A stretch of DNA of 60,884 bases, the filler included. It is 8 parts of 8 records of this genome, joined end to end, with 100 filler letters (N's around TTAATTAATTAA, not from the genome) between each part and the next. Parts side by side here need not be neighbours in the genome. Positions count along the whole stretch, not along the records: positions 1 to 5,585 come from DRR723986_34162; positions 5,686 to 11,914 come from DRR723986_34186; 6 more parts are not named here. One strand, 5' to 3'. Of this stretch, positions 1 through 9,951 are shown in pieces (position 1 is the first letter of the stretch; every line of letters begins with the position of its first letter). The translations under genes were made by a program, and so were the position numbers. Under the pieces are notes generated by a model. That model had not been told where the DNA came from. It saw nothing but the letters and a program-made list of their open reading frames with translations, and searched no databases.

Positions 1-1074
1 AAAGAAGATCAAGCGCAGAACACCTGTATTTTCTCAACTGAATTTGCATTGAGATTAATGGGGGATGTGCAAGAATACTTCATTGATAAAGGGGTGAGAA
101 ACTTCTATTCAGTATCAATTTCTGGATACCACATTGCAGAAGCAGGAGCGAATCCTATTTCTCAATTGGCATTCACATTAGCGAATGGATTTACATATGT
201 TGAGTACTACCTTTCAAGAGGAATGGATATCAATAAATTCGGACCGAATTTATCCTTCTTCTTTTCAAACGGAATCGACCCTGAATATGCAGTAATTGGT
301 AGAGTTGCACGTAGAATCTGGTCAAAAGCTTTGGCTAAGAAGTATGGAGCGAATGCTAGAGCACAAATGTTGAAGTATCACATCCAAACATCAGGTAGAT
401 CTTTACATGCTCAAGAAATCGACTTTAACGATATCAGAACAACTTTACAAGCACTTTACGCGATTTATGATAACTGTAATTCGTTGCATACCAATGCATA
501 TGACGAAGCGATTACTACTCCTACCGAAGAATCTGTAAGAAGAGCAATGGCAATTCAGTTAATCATTAACAGAGAGTTAGGATTGGCGAAGAACGAAAAT
601 CCAATTCAAGGAGCTTTCATCATTGAAGAATTGACTGATTTGGTTGAGGAAGCAGTATTAACTGAATTTGATAGAATCACTGAGAGAGGTGGAGTATTAG
701 GTGCTATGGAAACTATGTACCAACGTTCAAAAATTCAAGAAGAATCATTGTATTATGAGACCTTGAAACATAATGGAGATTTCCCTATTATTGGTGTAAA
801 TACTTTCTTAAGCTCAAAAGGATCACCAACTGTATTACCGAAAGAAGTAATTAGAGCAGAGGAGTCTGAGAAGCAGTATCAAATTTCAATGTTGGCTGAG
901 TTACACAAAGCCAATGAAGGAAAATCTACAGAAGCCTTGACTAGAATTCAAAAAGCAGCCATCCAAAATCAAAACATCTTTGAAGAATTAATGGATGCAG
1001 CCAAAGTATGTTCATTAGGTCAAATTACTGATGCACTTTTCGAAGTTGGTGGACAATACAGAAGGAATATGTAA
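1..1074 (+). CDS. B12-dependent acyl-CoA mutase (IcmF/methylmalonyl-CoA mutase family), C-terminal part, 5'-truncated by the window
   Basis: Mutase motifs [35 protein letters not shown]. Ends in VGGQYRRNM as in IcmF-type fusions. The frame is open from position 1. Confidence 0.9.
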   Translation, partial: KEDQAQNTCIFSTEFALRLMGDVQEYFIDKGVRNFYSVSISGYHIAEAGANPISQLAFTLANGFTYVEYYLSRGMDINKFGPNLSFFFSNGIDPEYAVIGRVARRIWSKALAKKYGANARAQMLKYHIQTSGRSLHAQEIDFNDIRTTLQALYAIYDNCNSLHTNAYDEAITTPTEESVRRAMAIQLIINRELGLAKNENPIQGAFIIEELTDLVEEAVLTEFDRITERGGVLGAMETMYQRSKIQEESLYYETLKHNGDFPIIGVNTFLSSKGSPTVLPKEVIRAEESEKQYQISMLAELHKANEGKSTEALTRIQKAAIQNQNIFEELMDAAKVCSLGQITDALFEVGGQYRRNM

Positions 1075-1084
1075 ATTGCGCTTA

Positions 1085-3223
1085 ATGCGTAAGAGATTAA
1101 AATCCTGTTGGTTAAGTGCCTGTCTTTTACTGTTTGCAAGTTCATCTTTGCAAGCACAAGAGGGCAAGCTTAAATCGTATTTGAATAGTTTTCAGGATTA
1201 CGAGTATTCAGACGTGTATTTGGCTAAAATCTATCTTGATTCTGCCACACAAATTTTACCCGAAGTTCAAGACCCAAAATTAATTGGTGACTATTATATT
1301 CATGAGGGTTGGTACTTTCAAGATATTGCGAAATATGAAAAAAGCCGGGAGTCATTTTTTAAGGCTTTAAAAGAATATCAATCAATTAATGCGTATCAAC
1401 AAATTGCGGATGCTTATGGTAATATTGGTAACGCCTATTTTGATGTGGATGAGCTCTCCAATTCTTTAAAGTATCATCAAAAATCTCTGGTTTTGAATGA
1501 AAAAATTGCCTTCTCGGCAACTGATTCGCTTAAAATTGACTTAGCTGAGCGCGGAAAGGCATATGCCTATACCAATTTAGCAGCAATTTATTACATCCTT
1601 AAGGATTATGACAAATCAATGGAGTTTGAAAAAGCCAGTCTGAATTATGAGATTCAACGAGATGATTCATTGGGTATGGCAATATCTTATCAGGGAATTG
1701 GTGAATTGTATGAGAGCATGGGACAAGTAGATAGTGCTTATTATTATTTAGAATATTCAAAAGATTTATTCGAGAAGGATCAATACTCTTATGGATTAAT
1801 TCGATCATTAATAAGTTTGTCTCAATTAGAAAAAGATTCAGTGACCGCTCGAAATTATTTGCTGAGGGCATTGGATATTGCGATAGAGTCAAATGATAAT
1901 TTTAGTGAGATTAGCCTGATGGGGAAATTATTAAATGAAAATTTTAATTTGCCGAAGCAAACTCATGATCTATTTGTTCAAAGAATTTTAAGTATCCAGC
2001 AGGATACCGTTATTGCACGCAAGACATATCGAGTATATCGAAGCTTAGGCAGCTATTATTATCGAAATAATCAATTTAAAAAATCTTCTGAGGCCTATCA
2101 AACGTTTATCTCAAGTTACTTGAAAGATCAAGAAGTAAATGAGAAAAGTGAATTAAAAAGTGAATTGATAAGAAATGAATTGCAACTTAAGGCATTCACT
2201 GATAGTTTAAAAATTCAGACAGAATATGCCGAAAAATCACTTGAAGACGAGCGCAAAATAAATAAACAGAAAACCATAATTACCATAGCAATTGCAGGCG
2301 GAGTCCTACTTTTAGGGATGACATTTTTTCTTTTCAAATCAATTAAAACGAAAAACAAGAACAATCGATTATTAAACGCGAAAAATCAACGCATTCAAGA
2401 TCAAAAAGAATTGGTAGATGAAAAAAACAAACAAATTACTGACTCTATTAATTATGCCAAAAGGCTGCAATCTGCCATATTACCTCACTTGAAGGATGTT
2501 CAAAATGAGTTTTCAGATCTCTTCGTCCTTTTTAAACCGAAGGATGTGGTTTCTGGAGATTTTTATTGGTTCGAAAAAAAGAAGGACTTACTATTCATTG
2601 CTGCAGCTGATTGCACTGGACATGGGGTTCCTGGTGCAATGGTGAGCGTAGTTTGTTCTAATGCATTGAACAGAGCAGTTAATGAATTTAATTTGATGAG
2701 TCCGTCAAAAATCCTTGATAAAACGAGAGATATTGTAATCGAAACTTTCGCAAAAAGTGGAGAAGATGTAAAAGATGGGATGGATATTTCTTTATGTTGT
2801 ATTGATAAAAGCTCGAAGACAATAATCTTTTCTGGAGCGAATAATCCACTATGGATTTGTAGAAAATCGGAAAATGTTCAACATAAAGAGGGGAGTGAAA
2901 TTGAGCAAAATGGATACACATTGTTAGAATATAAAGGCGATAAACAGCCAGTAGGATTGTATTCGGCGGCATCAGAGTTTAAAGAAGTGACAGTTGAATA
3001 CTTTGAGCAAGATACTTTCTATTTATTTACTGATGGTTATGCCGATCAATTTGGAGGAGATGAAGGTAAAAAATTAAAATACAAGACATTTAAAAAAATG
3101 CTCTTGTCGCAGCAGGGTAGTGACTTAAGTAGGCAATCGCAATACCTTGACGAATTCATTAATAAATGGATGGGGGCTCTTGAGCAGATAGATGATATCT
3201 GTGTAATCGGATTTAAGCCTTAG
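1085..3223 (+). CDS. Periplasmic TPR sensor + TM helix + SpoIIE/PP2C-type (RsbU-like) phosphatase
   Basis: Signal peptide from ATG 1085, TPR-like helices (AYGNIGNAY), one TM segment, PP2C motifs VSGDFY, DCTGHGVPGA, DGMD, TDGYADQFGG, QIDD. Confidence 0.88.
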   Translation: MRKRLKSCWLSACLLLFASSSLQAQEGKLKSYLNSFQDYEYSDVYLAKIYLDSATQILPEVQDPKLIGDYYIHEGWYFQDIAKYEKSRESFFKALKEYQSINAYQQIADAYGNIGNAYFDVDELSNSLKYHQKSLVLNEKIAFSATDSLKIDLAERGKAYAYTNLAAIYYILKDYDKSMEFEKASLNYEIQRDDSLGMAISYQGIGELYESMGQVDSAYYYLEYSKDLFEKDQYSYGLIRSLISLSQLEKDSVTARNYLLRALDIAIESNDNFSEISLMGKLLNENFNLPKQTHDLFVQRILSIQQDTVIARKTYRVYRSLGSYYYRNNQFKKSSEAYQTFISSYLKDQEVNEKSELKSELIRNELQLKAFTDSLKIQTEYAEKSLEDERKINKQKTIITIAIAGGVLLLGMTFFLFKSIKTKNKNNRLLNAKNQRIQDQKELVDEKNKQITDSINYAKRLQSAILPHLKDVQNEFSDLFVLFKPKDVVSGDFYWFEKKKDLLFIAAADCTGHGVPGAMVSVVCSNALNRAVNEFNLMSPSKILDKTRDIVIETFAKSGEDVKDGMDISLCCIDKSSKTIIFSGANNPLWICRKSENVQHKEGSEIEQNGYTLLEYKGDKQPVGLYSAASEFKEVTVEYFEQDTFYLFTDGYADQFGGDEGKKLKYKTFKKMLLSQQGSDLSRQSQYLDEFINKWMGALEQIDDICVIGFKP

Positions 3224-3241
3224 ATTTGTTTTGATTTGATC

Positions 3242-5479
3242 ATGAATTTTAAGAATCACATATTTTTCGTATTTCTATTTTTTGGAATAGGCGGTACTTC
3301 TGCTGCGCAAGACTACGCTGATCCTATTTATTATTTAGTTGACTCATTGGATTTTGACGATCTTGATGAGGCTGATTCAGTGAAAATTGAACTAGAATTA
3401 AAACTGTTTCATAGCGCTAAACATGATAGCACAAGATTAATTGCATTGAATTCAATTATTGAAGGGATAAAACATCCAATTTGGGAAGCCTTTAATGATG
3501 TTTTCTATGAATTGTCAAGGAAAGCTTTAAAGGATAAAGAGGGATTATCGGCAGATGAAATCGCAACGTTCAGATCAATGCTCGGAGCAGCAATTAACAA
3601 TAAGGGCTATTCAGAAAATAGAAATGGTAACACTTGGAAGGCAATTTCATATTTCAAGGAATCCTTGAAGTTTTTTAGGTTGGCGGGTGATTCAGCCAAT
3701 GTGTCTAGAGGGTTCATAGGCCTCTCCACGGCATACCACAATGTGGGTGAAATTGATTTGTCAAATCAGATGGACCAAGAGGCTTTAGCTATTGCTGAAA
3801 GAAATAATGATTTGGAGATTCTTTGTATAGGTCATAAAAATTTGGCCATGAAATTAATGATGAATTCTTTTTTGGATGAAGCATTGGAGAATGCTTTAAT
3901 GGCCTTTCGTTACTCTGAGTTAATGCCAGATAATCAACTTATGAAAAGTCGAGCGGCCCTAGGGGTTGGTCAAGTTTACTCTAATATGGGAGAGGATTCA
4001 TTAGCGGCTATTTATTTTACAGATGCTTTAACGTTAAGTAAGAAAAATGCCGACCAAGGAACCTATTTAGGTGTTTTGGTAGCATATGGCGAAGCTTGTA
4101 AAAGTAGATATTACAATACAGAAGTTAGCTTAAATAGCTGGCTAATAGACTCTACAAAAAATGTTTTTAACGAGGTAATCAAACTCTCAAAAGATCAACG
4201 ATTTATATTGACTAGGATCAGGGCCTATAAAAATTTGGGGGATTTATATTACAGGTTGGGAGAATATACTAAGGCCTTGGAGTATGCAGATTTGGCTTAT
4301 GAAAACTCCTTGGGTATCTCAAACTTGCCAAAAAGAAAGTCAGCAACATTCATTCGGTATCAGGTCTTAAAGGAGTTAGGCCGTTATAAAGAGGCCCTTC
4401 AAATGTATACTGAGTATATAGAAATTAAGGATCAAATGGATAATTCACAAAGCCTTCAGATTGTTACTCAGAATAAAATGAAATTAGAGTACTCCGTTCA
4501 AGCAGCTAAAGACTCCATGTCTTATGCAAATGAAAAGGCACTGGCTCAAAAAGAAATAGAAAATCAAAATGATCGAATCGCTGCCGATACTCGTCAAAAG
4601 TGGATTTTGTACTCAGGTATCGGTTTGATTGCTATTTTCAGTTTTTTTCTTTTCAAGAAATTCAGACAAACGCAAAGTCAAAATAAATTAATTCAGCATC
4701 AAAAAGAACAAATAGTGGAGGCGCATACGGAGATGAGGTCTAGTATTGAATATGCCAAACGACTGCAAACCGCCATCCTGCCATCAATTAATACCGTTAA
4801 AAACAGATTTGCAGAGAGCTTCATTCTTTTCAAACCAAAGGATATTGTATCTGGTGATTTTTATTGGTTTGAAAACGCTCATGGATTTGAGTACATTGCT
4901 GCAGCAGACTGTACCGGACACGGGGTTCCTGGCGCAATGGTTTCAGTGGTTTGTTCAAATGCTTTGCACCAAGCATTACATGAGTTTCAATTAATGAATC
5001 CCTCCGAAATTTTAAATAAAACGAGAGAATTGGTCATAGATACTTTTGCCAAAAGTGGCGATAATGTTAAAGATGGAATGGATATCAGTTTATGCAGAAT
5101 AAATCAGGCGTCTAGTCAAATAGAATATTGCGGAGCAAACAACCCTTTATGGATTTTACGTAAGGATTCTCAAGAAATTGAAGAGGTAAAAGCGGATAAA
5201 CAACCTGTTGGTCTGTATAGCGGAATGAAGGATTTTACTTCACATCAGGTGGAAGTTTATTCTGGTGATCAAATTTATCTTTTCACAGATGGATATGCGG
5301 ATCAATTTGGCGGAGAGAAAGGAAAAAAAATGAAGTATAAACCATTTAAAAAACTGCTAGTTCAACTTTCATATTTACCTACAGAAGATCAAAAAAATCA
5401 ACTCGACCAGAAGTTTGAAGAATGGCGGGGAGATCACGAGCAGATTGATGATGTTTGTGTAGTCGGAATTCGCTTATAA
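3242..5479 (+). CDS. Second TPR-TM-SpoIIE phosphatase (tandem paralog)
   Basis: Same architecture and PP2C motifs as the upstream gene. The N-terminal sensor region is divergent. Confidence 0.88.
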   Translation: MNFKNHIFFVFLFFGIGGTSAAQDYADPIYYLVDSLDFDDLDEADSVKIELELKLFHSAKHDSTRLIALNSIIEGIKHPIWEAFNDVFYELSRKALKDKEGLSADEIATFRSMLGAAINNKGYSENRNGNTWKAISYFKESLKFFRLAGDSANVSRGFIGLSTAYHNVGEIDLSNQMDQEALAIAERNNDLEILCIGHKNLAMKLMMNSFLDEALENALMAFRYSELMPDNQLMKSRAALGVGQVYSNMGEDSLAAIYFTDALTLSKKNADQGTYLGVLVAYGEACKSRYYNTEVSLNSWLIDSTKNVFNEVIKLSKDQRFILTRIRAYKNLGDLYYRLGEYTKALEYADLAYENSLGISNLPKRKSATFIRYQVLKELGRYKEALQMYTEYIEIKDQMDNSQSLQIVTQNKMKLEYSVQAAKDSMSYANEKALAQKEIENQNDRIAADTRQKWILYSGIGLIAIFSFFLFKKFRQTQSQNKLIQHQKEQIVEAHTEMRSSIEYAKRLQTAILPSINTVKNRFAESFILFKPKDIVSGDFYWFENAHGFEYIAAADCTGHGVPGAMVSVVCSNALHQALHEFQLMNPSEILNKTRELVIDTFAKSGDNVKDGMDISLCRINQASSQIEYCGANNPLWILRKDSQEIEEVKADKQPVGLYSGMKDFTSHQVEVYSGDQIYLFTDGYADQFGGEKGKKMKYKPFKKLLVQLSYLPTEDQKNQLDQKFEEWRGDHEQIDDVCVVGIRL

Positions 5480-5484
5480 CAGCG

Positions 5485-5585
5485 ACACTCGATTCTCGAT
5501 TCTCGATTTTCGTTTTTCGTCCCTCGTTTTTCGTTCTTTGTTTTTTGATTATCTAACCAAAAACCAAAAACCAAAAACCAATCAC
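5485..5585. repeat. Degenerate heptamer tandem repeats (TCTCGAT/TTTCGTT series, then AACCAAA series)
   Basis: ACTCGAT TCTCGAT TCTCGAT TTTCGTT TTTCGTC CCTCGTT TTTCGTT CTTTGTT TTTTGAT, then AACCAAA x3 and AACCAAT, running to the contig end. Confidence 0.8.
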
Positions 5586-5685
5586 NNNNNNNNNNNNNNN
5601 NNNNNNNNNNNNNNNNNNNNNNNNNNNNNTTAATTAATTAANNNNNNNNNNNNNNNNNNNNNNNNNNNNNNNNNNNNNNNNNNNN
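5586..5685. other. Artificial contig linker (N-run, TTAATTAATTAA, N-run)
   Basis: Six-frame stop 12-mer embedded in Ns. The same 100-bp linker recurs at 11915, 17184, 22771, 34979, 42077 and 50224. Confidence 0.98.
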
Positions 5686-5869
5686 ATTATTATCCGTTCG
5701 GGATGATAATGCCTGGACGCAACGGAATGATCTCAGGCGCAGACTATCGCTACGCTTTTAACGGTATGGAATCCGACAAAGAGGTGTCTGGACAGGGGAA
5801 TTCATATACTACGCAGTTTAGACAATATGATCCAAGATTGGGTAGGTGGAAGAGTTTGGATCCTTTGGC
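5686..5869 (+). repeat. Left arm of ~184-bp inverted repeat (Rhs core end)
   Basis: Reverse complement of 11731-11914. First 28 bp identical, 18 mismatches over 184 bp by hand alignment. Confidence 0.92.
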
Positions 5870-6803
5870 TGCTTTATTCCCGTGGCAAAGTCCATTTGTA
5901 GGGATGGATAATAACCCTATTGTGCTTACCGATATATTTGGTTTAGCTACAAATCAAAGTGGTGACCCTAAGAAAGGAGATACTGGAGGTAGACAAGGTA
6001 ATCCTAATGTAAATGAAGGAAAGAGCGGAGATAAAGGTTTATACGGAAGAGATGCTGATGGTAGAAGATATGTAAATCTAGATTTCTCAATGGAAGACTT
6101 AGATAATGCTTGGAGTGTTGCCAACGTATGGAACGGTGGTGATGAAGGATGGACCGTAAGCTTGGAAGAGCTTTACACTGCGAACCCTGGGCTAGAAGCT
6201 AATAAGAATTCATTAGGAGATGGTCAGACAATTTATTTGGATCCACCTAAGCTTGAAGAAGGTGATCCAAATAGTGATCCAAAAATTATGACGGTAGCAC
6301 AGAATGAGAATTTAATTGATGATATAACAACGGTTTCGGACAATCAAAATGAGTATATTCAAGGTCCTGTGGGTGATACTGAATACTTTTATGAAGAACC
6401 ACATTGGTTGAAGAAATTTTTAGATGATCTTGATGATGGTGGAGAATACTATGAACCAGGGGGCGGAGAAACCGATGATGGATATGGAGGGGGTGACCTT
6501 CCTGAGAAAGATGTTTATAATTTTGGTGGAGGAACCGGTTATACAGAAAAAGAACTAGATGAATTAGATTTACTCCATGTGGATAGAGTTGTCTGGGGAC
6601 CGGATACTTCTGTTAAAAAATATTATATTTATGACGAAGATGGTAAAGAAATTGGATCATTTGCTCATGTTAATATGCTAACAATCAAATATAAATATGA
6701 TTTTTACCTGATAAGGGGCCAATATACCGTATTTTTCGACGAAAATGGGGATACAATAGAAGTTAGAACTCCTGATTCAACGTTTAAAACCTTTCCAAGA
6801 TAG
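5686..6803 (+). CDS. Rhs repeat-associated core end + C-terminal toxin domain 1 (5'-truncated or orphan cassette)
   Basis: Contig starts in frame at (D)YYPFGMIMPGR. Core motifs YRYAFNGME, RQYDPRLGRW, DPLA, NNPI..TDIFGL, followed by an unrelated acidic C-terminus. Confidence 0.88.
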
Positions 6804-6805
6804 AA

Positions 6806-7327
6806 ATGAAAATAATTAAGGTTATCTTTATTACAAGTTTAATTTTGGCATTTTTCACCTGCAAGTCAAGTGGTCAAGAAAAGACAAAATTTTGTGAGCA
6901 AGAGTTGTTGAAAGTTAAGACTGAAATTGCAATTCGTGATTCTATAAGAACAGATTTGAAGAATCAGCTTATAGAGGATGCTTTTAAGTTAAACATTGGA
7001 GATACTGAATCGAGAGATTCTACTTTAAACTCTATAGAAGATTTAGCGCGAGCTTCGTATAATCTTTTAGGTTTTATTGAAGCGAATATATTTATGGTGA
7101 TTTACGAAGCATATGACAGGGAATATGACGATAAATTGAAAAAGCTTTTTAAAGAACATTTATCGGCTGCGTATTTGGAATTAGGTGTATACGGCATAAA
7201 CTTAGACAATGACTATTCATATATAGAAATAAATGATGAAGATAGTTGCTCGGAAAAACTTAATATAAACACACTAAAACTAGAAATTATTAATGCTATA
7301 ATTGAAGTTTATAAAAACAACGGTTGA
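6806..7327 (+). CDS. Putative immunity lipoprotein for Rhs-CT1
   Basis: Starts 2 nt after the toxin stop. Lipoprotein-like signal ending FFTC. The immunity role is inferred from position. Confidence 0.62.
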   Translation: MKIIKVIFITSLILAFFTCKSSGQEKTKFCEQELLKVKTEIAIRDSIRTDLKNQLIEDAFKLNIGDTESRDSTLNSIEDLARASYNLLGFIEANIFMVIYEAYDREYDDKLKKLFKEHLSAAYLELGVYGINLDNDYSYIEINDEDSCSEKLNINTLKLEIINAIIEVYKNNG

Positions 7328-7464
7328 CAGTTACAATTCTTACTTCTGGTGATGAATAAGAAAAATCGAGTTGACCTGAAAGTTTGATATACTGAGCTGT
7401 GCACAAACAAATCTCCGACGTGTTTTTCCCCGACGTCTTATTTCTCTTGTAGCATATTCCTTGT

Positions 7465-9045
7465 TCACCTGATTAACGTAACTGTACCATGTTTTGAGTG
7501 ACTGCCAATAGTTAATTTATAAAAATAAACACCATCAGTAGTTCTTTTAATTTCATTCTCTAGTTCAAAGCTCCATGTCTGTTCAGGGTCAAATGATTCG
7601 AATTTAACTTGTCCCCAGCGATTAATAACAACAAAATGATAACTAACTGGTCCTGAGTAAAGCACTGGAAAGTCATCATTAATTCCGTCACCATTCGTTG
7701 TTATTATATTAGGTACAAATATCGCATTGAACTCTTCTTCAGTGATGTCATCAGGAACTAAATCAGGCTCTGCTGAGGAAACTTTTTTTGAGCAATCAAC
7801 TGTAAAATTTATTTCTACGCTTTGCTGTGAATATGCTACATCATAAAAACTGGCAGAGTCTTCTATTTGTAAATTCCAATCTACATCTGTAGGGAAATTC
7901 TCAGTGGACTCCGCAGATCCAAGAAACTGATCACACGGAAAATTTGCATTTATATCTAATGTTGATGTCCACAATAGTCCATCATTCTTGTTACATCCAT
8001 AAATTTTAAATTGCTCATTATCATAAAAAAGAACTAATGGCAAATTTGGTTCTTCACTTGGGAAAAAACCTTTAATCTCGTTTATTAAACCGGAGGGTTG
8101 AATATCTATCAATACCGTTTTATGTTCATTATCTCCCTCGAAATTCATATTTAAGGCGGCAATCATGAATTTATCCTTATGTTCTAAAATTGACTGTCCC
8201 CTAAGATTATTAGGCAGGTCAATCGTTATTGATAAAATAAGTCCACCCAGAGAATTATATCTATTGAACAAAAGATCAAATGATTCATTCCTTCCAGTTA
8301 TAGCGTATTCACCATTGGCACATTCAATGATGTCGACTATTTCCATCCATTCCCCATAGTCATTAAATTTAGACCATAAAATATTACCATCTGTATCTAT
8401 ACTCCAAATGTGGTTGCCAGAAACGGTAACTGGAGGCCCAGCCATACTTGCAATTACAAAATTTCCATCAGAATTTATCAAAACATCCGAAGAAAACTCA
8501 CTGTAGATACTTGCGTACGATTTAGACCATATTAAATTACCAGAATAATCAAACTTGCTTACAAAATTGTCGGAATGGCTATTTTGATAAACTAAATGAC
8601 CAAAATAAAAGTAGTGCGTGTTATTTGCACGCACAGCATCACATCCTGCTCTGTAATGAGAACATTTTTTAGTCCATAAAATATTTCCATTATTATCGAG
8701 CTTTGTGAAATAAGCATTTTGTGCGAAGTCTCTGGCGCCTAAAAGGTAATCACCATTCTTATCTTGATCAACTGACATAGGATAGTAAAGCGTATCAATG
8801 TTGGTTGCCCATTCAATTTGATCAAGAGAGTCAGTCTTTATTAAAGTAGTGGAAAATTCGTTCACCCATGTATGAAGTGGGTTTACCCCAATAAGACTCC
8901 CTCCGTCGTTGGTCTTAATGATTTCATAATATGAAGAACCAAGTAATCCGGTTATATAATCAGACTTCTTAAACTCAATTGTCGACTGACTATTACAATT
9001 TAAAAAGCAGGTAAAAACAGAAACTATAATCATGAATGGCTTCAT
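7465..9045 (-). CDS. T9SS type-B sorting domain (gliding-motility-associated CHU_C) protein with beta-propeller-like repeats
   Basis: Signal peptide, repeated xxGN(I/L)(L/I)W(S/T)K blades, C-terminal PNIITTNGDGINDDF..INRWGQ..DGVYFYKL..GTVTLIR. Confidence 0.85.
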   Translation of the reverse strand: MKPFMIIVSVFTCFLNCNSQSTIEFKKSDYITGLLGSSYYEIIKTNDGGSLIGVNPLHTWVNEFSTTLIKTDSLDQIEWATNIDTLYYPMSVDQDKNGDYLLGARDFAQNAYFTKLDNNGNILWTKKCSHYRAGCDAVRANNTHYFYFGHLVYQNSHSDNFVSKFDYSGNLIWSKSYASIYSEFSSDVLINSDGNFVIASMAGPPVTVSGNHIWSIDTDGNILWSKFNDYGEWMEIVDIIECANGEYAITGRNESFDLLFNRYNSLGGLILSITIDLPNNLRGQSILEHKDKFMIAALNMNFEGDNEHKTVLIDIQPSGLINEIKGFFPSEEPNLPLVLFYDNEQFKIYGCNKNDGLLWTSTLDINANFPCDQFLGSAESTENFPTDVDWNLQIEDSASFYDVAYSQQSVEINFTVDCSKKVSSAEPDLVPDDITEEEFNAIFVPNIITTNGDGINDDFPVLYSGPVSYHFVVINRWGQVKFESFDPEQTWSFELENEIKRTTDGVYFYKLTIGSHSKHGTVTLIR

Positions 9046-9050
9046 TGATA

Positions 9051-9058
9051 CAAAATTA
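9051..9058 (-). promoter_or_regulatory. Bacteroidota -7 promoter element (TAnnTTTG)
   Basis: TAATTTTG on the minus strand, 5 nt upstream of the ATG at 9045. Confidence 0.5.
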
Positions 9059-9145
9059 GCTCTTTAAGTCACATTAGATAGCAGTATTTACTTAAATTAC
9101 TTAATTTAAGTGAGTAATATTCTTATTTTGGTTCAAATTATTTTT

Positions 9146-9781
9146 ATGAATAGAGTTAAGTCATTAATACGAAAATTGGACAGTCAAATTTTAATATTCC
9201 TCAGCTTTGCATTGGTATTATTTAATTCATGCTCGGTGAGCGAACTTGAACCAGCAGAGTATATTGAATGGGTTGATTCAGAAGAAAATGGTTTAATTAA
9301 AACTCAGAAACAGGGAGACGTGACTTTGAGTTGTCAATATACTCCCAATGAATATACCTTGTTAAAGCAAAAGGACCCTGGTACCATCAATAAAAATGAG
9401 TTTGACACAGAGTTAGAGGGCCTTGATGGCCTCATACAATTCAAATTTAAATTTGAAAGAGAAAATCAGAGTAACTTTTTGAGAGGTCTCTATACGACAG
9501 AAGAGGATTTTAATCGTGAATCAATGTACCTATCATTTGATATTAGGAATGACTTGCACTTGGTTAGTGGTGATGATACTCTTGAATGTGCCATGTGTCA
9601 TCACGAGAGAACATATGGTAATACACCCTTTGAGACCTTGTTGCTGACATTTGCTGAACAAACCAATGAAAATGATGATTTAGAACTAATTTTTGATGAT
9701 CGTGTTTTTAATTTAGGAAGGACTAAATTCTTTTATTCGAAAGAAATACTCGAATCTGTTCCTGAACTGATTTTAGAGTGA
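9146..9781 (+). CDS. Hypothetical lipoprotein
   Basis: Long ORF with a hydrophobic stretch ending in lipobox FNSC. No function recognised. Confidence 0.7.
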   Translation: MNRVKSLIRKLDSQILIFLSFALVLFNSCSVSELEPAEYIEWVDSEENGLIKTQKQGDVTLSCQYTPNEYTLLKQKDPGTINKNEFDTELEGLDGLIQFKFKFERENQSNFLRGLYTTEEDFNRESMYLSFDIRNDLHLVSGDDTLECAMCHHERTYGNTPFETLLLTFAEQTNENDDLELIFDDRVFNLGRTKFFYSKEILESVPELILE

Positions 9782-9951
9782 TTGTACTGAGTTTTTCTTA
9801 GAACTGAAAATAACAATTTCAAGTAAGCCTGAAACCTCTTACTTAGCATCAGAAGGAAGATACCATCTGACTGTTTTTAGAGTTTCAGTTTCATACTGAA
9901 AGTTTAAAACTGTGAGCTTGGGTTTTAGACGGTGCCGGTTGAAACTTGTTC

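Noticed and set aside
5630-5641. Recurrent TTAATTAATTAA palindrome as a biological repeat or CRISPR-like unit
   Set aside because: It is always centred in N-runs with the same 100-bp layout, so it is an artificial six-frame-stop spacer.
9790-9950. Weak inverted repeat (CTGAAACCTCT / AGAGTTTCAG) between convergent genes in the Rhs contig
   Set aside because: Short and imperfect in AT-rich DNA, and could arise by chance.
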